A stretch of 64,000 nt of DNA from Clostridia bacterium. Lineage in GTDB: Bacteria; Bacillota; Clostridia; UMGS1883. The stretch spans positions 9,949 through 73,948 of the forward strand of contig JAZOSB010000026.1 in NCBI GenBank assembly GCA_045656865.1, read 5' to 3'. The notes beneath the pieces were generated by a model. That model was given only the letters and a program-made list of their open reading frames with translations, had not been told where the DNA came from and did no database searches. The position numbers and the translations under genes are program-made. Of the stretch, positions 9,714 through 18,704 are shown piece after piece; position 1 is the first letter of the stretch, and every line of letters begins with the position of its first letter.

Positions 9714-9799
9714 TAGCTTTCTACAAAATATCTTGTGTTTTTCCATAAGCAGAGTGTGGGTGTTTATGAAAGAACATAATTTAGGGAATGGAGAATTTT

Positions 9800-11368
9800 A
9801 TGGAACAGAATGTTGCTCTTGAACTGAAAAACATAACCAAAACATTTGGTAGTGTCGTTGCCAACAAAAATATTTCACTTAAAGTAAGGAAAGGGGAAAT
9901 CCTTTCAATACTCGGTGAAAACGGCAGCGGAAAGACTACTCTTATGAATATGGTATCGGGAATATATTTCCCCGACAGCGGACAGATTTTTGCTGACGGT
10001 AAGGAAATTGTAATTGCTTCCCCTAAAGATGCCTTTGACCACAAAATAGGTATGATACATCAGCATTTTAAGCTTGTTGATGTGTTTTCTGCTGCTGAAA
10101 ATATAGTTTTGGGACTCAAGGATGAAGAGGGCTTTGATATGCCTAAGTACATCGAGAGAATCAAGGAAATTACCGAGCAGTACGGATTTGAACTTGACCC
10201 GGATAAGAAAATATATGAAATGTCCGTATCCGAAAAACAAACGGTAGAAATTATAAAGGTTCTTTTCAGAGGGGCAGATATACTTATTCTTGATGAGCCT
10301 ACAGCCGTGCTTACTCCTCAGGAAACGGTCAAGCTTTTTAAGGTGCTTCGCAATATGCGTGAGGATGGAAAGGCAATCATTATCATTACCCACAAGCTCC
10401 ACGAGGTGCTTTCTCTTTCAGACAACGTGGCTGTTCTTCGTAAAGGTGAATATGTGGGAACAGTAAAGACCTCCGAAACTAACGAAGCCGAGCTTACAGA
10501 AATGATGGTAGGAAAGAAGATTTCCCTTAACATAGAGAGAAGTCAGGCTGAAAACTGCTGTGACCGACTGATTGTTGAGAACATAGACTGTGTAAACCGT
10601 GACGGAGTAAAGCTTTTGGACAATGTTTCCTTTACAGCCTGTTCAGGAGAAATCCTCGGAATTGCAGGCATTGCAGGAAGCGGTCAGCGAGAGCTTCTTG
10701 AAGCGATTGCAGGGCTTCAGCACCTTAACGGCGGCGGTGTATTTTATATTGACCCCAAGAGCGGCGAAAAGGAAAATCTCCGTGACAAAACACCGTTGGA
10801 AATACGTCAAATGGGTGTTCGTCTTGCATTTGTACCTGAGGACAGACTCGGTATGGGACTTGTAGGAAATATGGATATAGTAGACAATATGATGCTCAGG
10901 AGCTACAAAAAAGGTAAATCCGTATTCCTGCAGAGAAAAGCTCCGAGAAATCTGGCAGAAGAGGTAATTAACAGTCTTGAGGTTGTAACTCCCTCTGCAA
11001 ATACCCCTGTAAGAAGACTCTCGGGTGGTAATGTTCAGAAAATACTGGTAGGTAGGGAGATTGCGTCTTCTCCCACCGTTTTAATGGCAGCCTACCCTGT
11101 AAGAGGATTGGATATAAATTCCTCCTATACAATTTATAACCTCCTTAACGAACAGAAGAAAAAAGGTGTAGCCGTAATTTTTGTCGGCGAGGACCTGGAT
11201 GTCCTTTTGGAGTTGTGTGACAGAATTATGGTTATCGGCGGTGGCAGAATCACCGGAGTTGTAGACGGAAGAAATACTACCAAGGAAGAAATCGGTATTC
11301 TTATGACAAAGTCCGATTCCCCAAGCAATTTTGAGGAGAAGGGAGGAAGCAGCAATGAAGAATGTTAA
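9800..11368 (+). CDS. ABC transporter ATP-binding protein, duplicated ATPase (BMP/nucleoside or sugar type)
   Basis: Two NBDs are present: GENGSGKTT plus LDEPT in the first, and a second with LSGGNVQK. ATG 9800 lies 6 nt after GGAG and is preferred over ATG 9788. Confidence 0.85.
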   Translation: MEQNVALELKNITKTFGSVVANKNISLKVRKGEILSILGENGSGKTTLMNMVSGIYFPDSGQIFADGKEIVIASPKDAFDHKIGMIHQHFKLVDVFSAAENIVLGLKDEEGFDMPKYIERIKEITEQYGFELDPDKKIYEMSVSEKQTVEIIKVLFRGADILILDEPTAVLTPQETVKLFKVLRNMREDGKAIIIITHKLHEVLSLSDNVAVLRKGEYVGTVKTSETNEAELTEMMVGKKISLNIERSQAENCCDRLIVENIDCVNRDGVKLLDNVSFTACSGEILGIAGIAGSGQRELLEAIAGLQHLNGGGVFYIDPKSGEKENLRDKTPLEIRQMGVRLAFVPEDRLGMGLVGNMDIVDNMMLRSYKKGKSVFLQRKAPRNLAEEVINSLEVVTPSANTPVRRLSGGNVQKILVGREIASSPTVLMAAYPVRGLDINSSYTIYNLLNEQKKKGVAVIFVGEDLDVLLELCDRIMVIGGGRITGVVDGRNTTKEEIGILMTKSDSPSNFEEKGGSSNEEC

Positions 11369-12449
11369 AAACGCCTTTTCAACCCCGTTTTTTCACGTGA
11401 TAAAGCGTGATGATATAGTGTGGTGGAAGGCTTGGCTTATAAGAATTGCAGCTGTAATTTTCGCACTCATAGTAAGCGGTATAGTAACCATTCTGCTAAC
11501 AGGCATAAACCCTGTTGATATGTATGTTTCAATGATAGACGGTGCAGTAGGTACACCACGACTGACATGGAATCTCTTGCAGAATACGGCAATTCTCCTT
11601 TGTATCTCTCTTGCTGTGACCCCTGCATTTAAAATGAAATTCTGGAATATCGGTGCAGAGGGGCAGGTTTTAATCGGCGGACTTGCAACTGCAAGCTGTA
11701 TGATTTTCTTCGGTGAAAAGCTTCCCACACCAATTCTGATTTTGGTAATGCTTGTTACAAGCATTATTTCGGGTGCATTGTGGGGACTTGTTCCTGCTTA
11801 TTTCAAAACCCGTTTTAATTCCAATGAAACTCTTTTTACACTGATGATGAACTATGTAGCAATACAGCTTGTTGCATACTTTACACTTGAATGGTCCGTG
11901 CCAAAAGGCTCGGGAACACCACGCACCCTTGAGTACGGACAGCTTCCTGCTCTGTTTGGTCAAAAATACCTGATAAATATACTGATAGTAGCAGTGCTGA
12001 CCGTTATTGCCTACATTTATCTTAAATACAGTAAACAGGGCTATGAAATTTCCGTAGTAGGCGAAAGTGAAAATACAGCAAAATATATAGGCATCAATGT
12101 AAAGAAAGTCGTTTTGAGAACAATGGCAATTTCAGGTGCTATCTGCGGTATAGCAGGATTTTTGCTTGTTGCTGGAACCGACCATTCGTTAAAAAGCGAC
12201 ACAGCAGGGGGAAGAGGCTTTACCGCAATTATGGTTTCGTGGCTTGCTAAATTTAACCCCGTATTTATGGTACTTACTTCGCTTTTAATTGTATTTCTGC
12301 AAAAGGGTGCTTCAAAAATTTCCGAGGTGTACCGTCTTAATTCGTCTTTTTCCGATATCATTACAGGAATCATCATATTTTTCATTATAGGTTCAGAATT
12401 TTTCATAAATTACAAGCTTAAAATAAGCAAAAAGGAGGAAAATGTATGA
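11355..12449 (+). CDS. ABC transporter permease (BMP-family system)
   Basis: Polytopic protein. ATG 11355 follows GGGAGGAAG and overlaps the ATPase stop by 14 nt. Confidence 0.8.
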   Translation: MKNVKNAFSTPFFHVIKRDDIVWWKAWLIRIAAVIFALIVSGIVTILLTGINPVDMYVSMIDGAVGTPRLTWNLLQNTAILLCISLAVTPAFKMKFWNIGAEGQVLIGGLATASCMIFFGEKLPTPILILVMLVTSIISGALWGLVPAYFKTRFNSNETLFTLMMNYVAIQLVAYFTLEWSVPKGSGTPRTLEYGQLPALFGQKYLINILIVAVLTVIAYIYLKYSKQGYEISVVGESENTAKYIGINVKKVVLRTMAISGAICGIAGFLLVAGTDHSLKSDTAGGRGFTAIMVSWLAKFNPVFMVLTSLLIVFLQKGASKISEVYRLNSSFSDIITGIIIFFIIGSEFFINYKLKISKKEENV

Positions 12450-13432
12450 TTGCTACAATAATTCAGCGTGCAGTAATGCAGGGAACTCCTTTGCTGTTTG
12501 GCTCAACGGGTGAAATCCTTACAGAAAAATCGGGACACCTTAATCTTGGTATCCCCGGAATTATGTATGTTGGTGCCATAAGCGGTGTTGCAGGCTCTTT
12601 TCTCTATGAGCAAACTCTGGCATCACCCGAGCTTATGAATCCGCTTCTTGCGGTATTTATTCCGCTCATATGCTCATTGATTGGCTCAACAATTATGGGA
12701 CTTATATACTGCTTTTTGACAGTAACTCTTCGTGCAAATCAGAATGTTACGGGTCTGGCACTTACTACCTTTGGTATTGGTCTGGGTAATTTCTTCGGCG
12801 GCTCACTCATAAAGCTTGTCGACTCCGACGTTCCCTCAATTGCCCTTTCCACTACAAGTACGGTATTTAAAACCGAGCTTCCCATAGCGGATAAGCTTGA
12901 CTGGTTTGGAGACATTTTTCTTTCCTACGGATTTTTGGTGTATGTGGCAATTGCTGTTGCATTGGTATCTTCCTATGTCCTTAACAAAACACGTACAGGA
13001 CTTCATTTGAGGGCTGTCGGTGAAAGCCCCGAAACAGCCGATGCCGCAGGTATCAATGTTACTAAATACAAGTATATTTCCACCTGTATCGGAAGTGCTA
13101 TTGCAGGATTGGGCGGACTTTACTATGTAATGGACTACGCAAACGGAGTATGGTCAAACAATGGCTTCGGTGACAGAGGATGGCTTTCTATCGCTCTTGT
13201 TATTTTCTCAGTATGGAGACCGTCACTCTCAATCATCGGCTCAATACTTTTCGGATTCCTGTATGTAATACCTACTTATATTCCAGGAATCACAGTAAGT
13301 ACGAAGAAGCTTTTTGAGATGCTTCCCTATGTAGTTACTATTCTCGTTCTTGTTATTACTAGCATAAGGGATAAAAAAGAGAATCAGCCTCCGGCAGGAC
13401 TTGGTTTGCCGTATTTCAGAGAAGAACGGTAA
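12446..13432 (+). CDS. ABC transporter permease (second subunit)
   Basis: 328 aa polytopic protein with an ATGA overlap onto the preceding permease. RBS AGGAGG lies upstream. Confidence 0.8.
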   Translation: MIATIIQRAVMQGTPLLFGSTGEILTEKSGHLNLGIPGIMYVGAISGVAGSFLYEQTLASPELMNPLLAVFIPLICSLIGSTIMGLIYCFLTVTLRANQNVTGLALTTFGIGLGNFFGGSLIKLVDSDVPSIALSTTSTVFKTELPIADKLDWFGDIFLSYGFLVYVAIAVALVSSYVLNKTRTGLHLRAVGESPETADAAGINVTKYKYISTCIGSAIAGLGGLYYVMDYANGVWSNNGFGDRGWLSIALVIFSVWRPSLSIIGSILFGFLYVIPTYIPGITVSTKKLFEMLPYVVTILVLVITSIRDKKENQPPAGLGLPYFREER

Positions 13433-13440
13433 AATATTAC

Positions 13441-13473
13441 GGGCGGTGTAAATAAGTTTACGCCGCCTTTTTG
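13441..13473 (+). terminator. Rho-independent terminator of the ABC operon
   Basis: GGGCGGTGTAAA pairs with TTTACGCCGCC and is followed by TTTTTGCTTT. Confidence 0.8.
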
Positions 13474-13504
13474 CTTTCAAAATTTGTGATATGAGGTGTT
13501 TTAA

Positions 13505-13960
13505 ATGAAAATAGTTTTACAAAGAGTAACAGAGGCAAAGGTAGAAGTTGATGGCGAAGTAAAGGGACAGATTGGAAAAGGCTACCTGCTCTTGGTGGGA
13601 GTAGTAGCGGAAGACACCGTAGAAATTGCCGACAAAATGATTGAGAAAATCTCCCGTCTCAGAATTTTTCAAGACAGCGAGGGAAAGACAAACCTCGGCA
13701 TTTCCGAGGTAGATGGCGAAGTGCTGATTATTTCTCAATTTACCCTTTGTGCAGACTGCAGAAAGGGTAACAGACCCAGCTTCACCGGTGCAGGAAATCC
13801 TGCCATGGCAGAGGAGCTTTATGAGCATATGGTGGAAAAAAGCAAGGACCTTTTTAAACGCGTGCAAAAGGGTGTGTTTGGTGCGGATATGAAAGTTTCC
13901 CTTGTAAATGACGGTCCGTTTACTCTCGTTCTTGACAGTAAAGAAATTTTAGGTTTATAA
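13505..13960 (+). CDS. dtd: D-aminoacyl-tRNA deacylase
   Basis: 151 aa with [32 protein letters not shown] and GPFTLVLDS. Confidence 0.9.
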   Translation: MKIVLQRVTEAKVEVDGEVKGQIGKGYLLLVGVVAEDTVEIADKMIEKISRLRIFQDSEGKTNLGISEVDGEVLIISQFTLCADCRKGNRPSFTGAGNPAMAEELYEHMVEKSKDLFKRVQKGVFGADMKVSLVNDGPFTLVLDSKEILGL

Positions 13961-13991
13961 TATTAAAAAAAGGGTGAAAGGCTGACAGACT

Positions 13992-14522
13992 TTGAAACTG
14001 ACACTTGACAAAAAATCATTTTACACAAAACTTTATAAAATGCTTGAAAACGTAACTCCTCTCACTGTGGACTGCGGACAGCTTTGTGACGGTGCCTGCT
14101 GTGCCGTGACAGATGAAATTACGGGTATGTATCTTTTTCCGGGTGAGATAGAAATGTACAAACCTATGCCTTGGTGGGGCGAGCTTCATGATATTGACTT
14201 TACATATGACGGAGGAAAAAGTGTGGAGCTTTTTACCTGCACAGGCACCTGTGACAGAAAACTCCGTCCGCTCTCCTGCAGGATTTTCCCACTTGTACCC
14301 TATGCAAAAAGGGGAGGGGAGCTTCAGATTATAATGGATATTAGAGGCAGGGGAATGTGCCCACTTGCAACGGCAATGAAAATTGAGGATTTAGACCCGT
14401 TATTTGTTGAAAGAGTGACATCAGCAATGAAGCTGTGTATGAAAGTCAGGGAAACGAGAGAATTTATATATTCTCTTTCCGAATCCCTTGATGAAGTGAA
14501 GGAGGATTTTTATGAGTTATAA
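13992..14522 (+). CDS. Cys-cluster protein, YkgJ/UPF0153-like (putative Zn/Fe-chelating domain)
   Basis: 176 aa with CGQLCDGACC near the N-terminus and further Cys (CTGTCD, SCRIFP, MCPLA). The TTG 13992 start is uncertain; ATG 14040 has no RBS. Confidence 0.45.
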   Translation: MKLTLDKKSFYTKLYKMLENVTPLTVDCGQLCDGACCAVTDEITGMYLFPGEIEMYKPMPWWGELHDIDFTYDGGKSVELFTCTGTCDRKLRPLSCRIFPLVPYAKRGGELQIIMDIRGRGMCPLATAMKIEDLDPLFVERVTSAMKLCMKVRETREFIYSLSESLDEVKEDFYEL

Positions 14523-15429
14523 CTTTGCAGTAATTGACCTTGGCTCCAATTCGGTACGTATGAGCATCAATTCCCTTGAAAAAGACGGCAGTTGGGCTGT
14601 TCTGGAAAAGCTACGCTCTACCGTACGGCTCAGCGAGGGTATGATAGCAGATAATTTCCTCAAGGAAGAATCCATCAGCCGTGTTCTTGGAGCAATAGAG
14701 GAATTTGTAAAGAAAGCCAGGGAATACAAATGTGCCTCCATTGCGGCTGTTGCGACAGCGGCTTTGCGCTGCGCCGCAAATAAAGACCTCTTTCTTTCAA
14801 GAGTCAGGGAGAGGACAGGAATCCAGTTTGAGATTATAAGCGGTGAACAGGAAGCTTATTACAGCTACCTTGCGGTAAAAGAAACCGTTGAAATAACAGA
14901 CGGTGTTATCTACGATACGGGCGGCGGAAGTACGGAAATTGTCCTTGTGAAGAATAGTGAAATAAAGCACAGTATAAGTCTGCCCCTCGGTGCCGTGATG
15001 ATGACCGAAAAAATGGAGAGAAGAAGCCAGATGCAGCTTTATAAATATGTTGCATCCTACATTGGCGGAGTAAACTGGCTTGACGAGTGTGAAGGTCTGC
15101 CTCTTTACGGTATTGGCGGAAGTGCCCGTGCAATGGCAATGCTTTATAAAAAAGAGTATCTTTCACCCGACAAGGTTGACGGCATTAAAATACCCTACCA
15201 CGCTGTTGCAAAGATTTATCAGGATATTTTCAGAACACCTCCCCAAAAACGCAAGGACATAAAGGGTATGGATATTTCCCGAGCAGATATTATCCTTGCA
15301 GGACTTACTCCCGTAAAAGTGCTGATGGATATGACAGGAAGCCCCTCGGTAACAGTTTGTGCTGCAGGTGTCAAGGAGGGTGTATTCTTCCGTCTTAAGG
15401 ACGAAATTTTAAGGAGCAATATAAAATGA
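14512..15429 (+). CDS. Ppx/GppA family phosphatase (exopolyphosphatase-like)
   Basis: 305 aa with the AVIDLGSNSVRMSI phosphate-1 motif, DTGGGSTE and GIGGSAR. RBS AAGGAGG lies upstream. Confidence 0.8.
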   Translation: MSYNFAVIDLGSNSVRMSINSLEKDGSWAVLEKLRSTVRLSEGMIADNFLKEESISRVLGAIEEFVKKAREYKCASIAAVATAALRCAANKDLFLSRVRERTGIQFEIISGEQEAYYSYLAVKETVEITDGVIYDTGGGSTEIVLVKNSEIKHSISLPLGAVMMTEKMERRSQMQLYKYVASYIGGVNWLDECEGLPLYGIGGSARAMAMLYKKEYLSPDKVDGIKIPYHAVAKIYQDIFRTPPQKRKDIKGMDISRADIILAGLTPVKVLMDMTGSPSVTVCAAGVKEGVFFRLKDEILRSNIK

Positions 15430-15923
15430 GTATGAACATAGTTTTGGTCGAGCCGGAAATTCCTCAGAATACGGGAAACATTGTCCGTACCTGTGCCGCT
15501 ACCGGTGCAAGACTTCATATAGTAAAGCCTATGGGCTTTGAAATAGACGATAAGAAGCTTAAAAGAGCAGGCCTTGATTATTGGCATTTTCTGAATATCC
15601 AATATTACGAAAATCTTGATGACTTCTTTACGCAGAATCAGGACGGCAGATTTTTCTATCTAAGCTCAAAAGGAACGGCATCCTATACCGATGTCGAGTT
15701 CAAAGACGGAGACTTTCTCCTTTTCGGTAAGGAAACGAAAGGTTTACCCGAAAAGCTTCTCATAGAACATCCCGAGCGTTCAATCCGTATCCCTATGATA
15801 AGCGATGCACGGTGTCTTAATCTCTCAAACTCCGTTGCAATTGTAGTCTACGAAGCCCTCCGACAGAATAACTTTAAATCCCTCACAAAAGAGTCAGACT
15901 ATCTGTACGGAATAATTGATTGA
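15426..15923 (+). CDS. trmL: tRNA (cytidine/uridine-34 2'-O)-methyltransferase TrmL (SpoU/TrmH family)
   Basis: 165 aa, colinear with E. coli TrmL (NIVLVEPEIPQNTGNIVRTCAATGARLHIVKPMGF, RAGLDYW, MNLSNSVAIVVYEALRQ). Confidence 0.9.
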   Translation: MSMNIVLVEPEIPQNTGNIVRTCAATGARLHIVKPMGFEIDDKKLKRAGLDYWHFLNIQYYENLDDFFTQNQDGRFFYLSSKGTASYTDVEFKDGDFLLFGKETKGLPEKLLIEHPERSIRIPMISDARCLNLSNSVAIVVYEALRQNNFKSLTKESDYLYGIID

Positions 15924-16097
15924 TTTGACAGAATGTAAATTGTTCTCGGATTTTAAATAACGGATTGTGTCGAATAATATCGAAATGCTAAAGTTTCCCT
16001 TGCCTAAAGGCGGGATAGAAAAAGATTGTTGCGCATATGGTAGAGGTGAATACAAACAGAAAGAAAATAAAAAATATTAGGAGAGGAGTAGGTGAAT

Positions 16098-17708
16098 ATG
16101 AAATTAACATTTATAGGTGCGGCTCATGAGGTTACAGGATCCTGCACACTGCTTGATGCCTGTGGAAAACATATTCTTATTGATTGTGGCATGGAGCAGG
16201 GCGGTGACACTTATGAAAATTGTGAATTGCCTGTTGCTCCAACAGAAATCGATGCAATTTGCCTTACTCACGCACATATTGACCATTCAGGCATGATTCC
16301 TGCTATGGTGGCGAAGGGATATACAGGTCCAGTATACTGCACAGAAGCCACCCATAGACTATGTAATATAATGTTGCTGGATTCAGCTCATATTCAGGAG
16401 CAGGAGGCTGAGTGGCAAAATAGAAAGGCACAGCGTTCGGGCTATGAACAGTATATGCCCATATATACTGTGGCAGATGCAATGGAATCACTTAAATTAT
16501 TTAATGGATATGGATATAATAAATCAATTGAAATCTTTGAGGGTATAACAATAAATTTCTGTGATGCAGGACATTTGCTTGGCTCATCAAGCATTCATAT
16601 TACAGTAAATGAAAATGAACAAGAAAGAACAATACTCTTCTCAGGTGATTTGGGAAACATAGACAGACCGCTTATAAGAAATCCTCAAAATCCGCCTTAT
16701 GCCGATTATGTGGTTATAGAATCAACCTATGGTGACAGAGTTCATGGCGAAAGACCTGACTATATTGCACAGCTTACAAAAATAATGCAGGAAACCTTTT
16801 CAAAAGGCGGCAACTTGGTTATTCCTTCTTTTGCAATCGGAAGAACACAGGAGCTTTTATATCTGTTTAGAACAATTAAAGAACAGAAGCTTGTGAAAGG
16901 TCACGAAAACTTTATTGTGTATGTCGATTCGCCTCTTGCGGTTGAAGCAACAAAGATATATCAGGATAATCTGATGGACTATTATGACGAGGAAACACTT
17001 GCGCTTGTAAATCAGGGGATAAATCCGGTATTATTCCCCGGATTAAGATTAAGCGTTACCACAGAGGAGTCAACAGCAATTAACTTTGATTTGATTCCAA
17101 AAGTTATAATATCTGCATCAGGTATGTGTGAAGCTGGCCGTATCAGACATCATTTAAAGCATAACCTTTGGAGAGAAAACAGCACTATTCTTTTTGTCGG
17201 ATACCAAGCAGAAGGAACACTTGGAAGAAAACTTATTAATGGTGCAAAGTATGTTTCATTGTTTGGGGAAGACATTCAAGTTAATGCAAGAATTGAATCC
17301 ATAGTAGGCATCAGCGGTCATGCGGATAAGGATATGCTTCTCGGCTGGCTTGGAAGTATGGAAAAACCACCGATAAAGGTATTTGTTAATCATGGAGATG
17401 ATTTGGTGTGCGATTCTTTTTCACAGACGATATATAACAAACTCAAATATACAACAACAGCACCGTATAGCGGTGACGAATACGATCTTGAAACAGGCGA
17501 ATGCGTTGCAAGAGGAAGAATAGTCAAGCTGACTAAAGTATCAGAAGGCAGACGAAGAGCAAACCTTGCCTTTGACCGACTTATGGTGGCTTGTCAAAGA
17601 CTTAAAACAGTTGCAGAACTCAGTCGTAATCTGACAAATAAAGAATTATCAAAATTTACAGATCAGATAAACAATTTGTGCGACAAATATGCACGAAAAT
17701 CAAAATAA
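16098..17708 (+). CDS. MBL-fold / beta-CASP metallo-hydrolase (RNA-metabolising family)
   Basis: HAHIDHSG (HxHxDH), the beta-CASP region and a C-terminal RNA-specificity-type extension are present. ATG 16098 or GTG 16092 could be the start, after AGGAGAGGAG. Confidence 0.75.
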   Translation: MKLTFIGAAHEVTGSCTLLDACGKHILIDCGMEQGGDTYENCELPVAPTEIDAICLTHAHIDHSGMIPAMVAKGYTGPVYCTEATHRLCNIMLLDSAHIQEQEAEWQNRKAQRSGYEQYMPIYTVADAMESLKLFNGYGYNKSIEIFEGITINFCDAGHLLGSSSIHITVNENEQERTILFSGDLGNIDRPLIRNPQNPPYADYVVIESTYGDRVHGERPDYIAQLTKIMQETFSKGGNLVIPSFAIGRTQELLYLFRTIKEQKLVKGHENFIVYVDSPLAVEATKIYQDNLMDYYDEETLALVNQGINPVLFPGLRLSVTTEESTAINFDLIPKVIISASGMCEAGRIRHHLKHNLWRENSTILFVGYQAEGTLGRKLINGAKYVSLFGEDIQVNARIESIVGISGHADKDMLLGWLGSMEKPPIKVFVNHGDDLVCDSFSQTIYNKLKYTTTAPYSGDEYDLETGECVARGRIVKLTKVSEGRRRANLAFDRLMVACQRLKTVAELSRNLTNKELSKFTDQINNLCDKYARKSK

Positions 17709-17756
17709 GGATATTTGAATGATTTCTAAAAGAACAAGACATCAAAATATATACAT

Positions 17757-17790
17757 AAAAAGGTTCGCCGAATTTCGGTGAACCTTTTTA
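17757..17790. terminator. Rho-independent terminator
   Basis: AAAAAGGTTCGCCGAA pairs with TTCGGTGAACCTTTTT (one G:U), with A/T runs on both sides. Confidence 0.8.
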
Positions 17791-18030
17791 TGTTACCACA
17801 AAGGCGAGCTTTGATACATTTAATTTCTGTATCAGCCAGTCAACGAAAAATATTGAAAGGAAGAGTGCTACAATACCCCATAAGCCAAATCAATCTGCCT
17901 GAATGTTATATGTGATGTCATAATAACAGCGGCATCAGCAATAAATAATCCAAGAGCAAACCTTACCGTCAACGCCCTCAAAATTTATAAAATAATAGTT
18001 GTTTTTTTCCTCTGTATACTGTATAATAAA

Positions 18031-18699
18031 ATGGTTAAAGGAGTGGTTATTATACAAAGCAGAACTCTTTACGATTTAAAGTCAATAGTTGCACGCGACC
18101 CCGCGGCAAGAAATATATTTGAAGTAGCACTACTGTACTCCGGATTTCACGCGGTGCTGTTTCACCGTTTTGCACATATGCTGTACAAGTGTCATCTTCG
18201 GTTTATCCCAAGGCTTATAAGTCAGCTTGTCAGGTTTTTTACCAAGATTGAGATACACCCAGGTGCCACAATCGGCAAGGGACTTCTTATCGACCACGGA
18301 TGCGGTGTTGTAATCGGTGAAACAACCATAATTGGTGACGAATGTACGATTTATCAGGGAGTAACTCTTGGCGGTACGGGTAAGGATACAGGAAAGCGTC
18401 ACCCTACATTGGGAAACAATGTAATGGTGGGTGCAGGTGCAAAAATCCTCGGTCCTTTTACCGTTGGCGACAACTGTAAAATTGCCGCAAATGCAGTGCT
18501 TCTCCGTGAAGTGGAGCCTGACAGTACTTGTGTGGGCGTTCCTGCAAGGGTTGTAAAGCGTGGAGATAAGCGTATTGATAACCTTGACCAGGTGCATATT
18601 CCCGACCCCGTCAGTCAGGAGCTTTGCAGAATGAGTGCAAAAATAGATAAGCTCACGGCAGAGCTTGAAGCATTAAAAAATAATGACAGTGAAAGGTGA
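18031..18699 (+). CDS. cysE: Serine O-acetyltransferase
   Basis: 222 aa with the N-terminal SAT helix domain (ARDPAARN, LLYSGFHAV) and hexapeptide repeats (DHGCGVVIGETTIIGDECTIYQGVTLGG..GKRHPTLGNNVMVGAGAKILG). The start is uncertain: ATG 18031 has no SD, and AAAGGAG at 18037-18043 lies inside the ORF. Confidence 0.85.
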   Translation: MVKGVVIIQSRTLYDLKSIVARDPAARNIFEVALLYSGFHAVLFHRFAHMLYKCHLRFIPRLISQLVRFFTKIEIHPGATIGKGLLIDHGCGVVIGETTIIGDECTIYQGVTLGGTGKDTGKRHPTLGNNVMVGAGAKILGPFTVGDNCKIAANAVLLREVEPDSTCVGVPARVVKRGDKRIDNLDQVHIPDPVSQELCRMSAKIDKLTAELEALKNNDSER

Positions 18700-18704
18700 T
18701 TTTT

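Noticed and set aside
15924-16091. 168-nt gap before the beta-CASP hydrolase gene as a possible riboswitch or small ORF (ATG 16036, 30 codons)
   Set aside because: I could not recognise any conserved riboswitch core. The small ORF has no SD and runs out of frame into the next gene. It is treated as an ordinary promoter/leader region.
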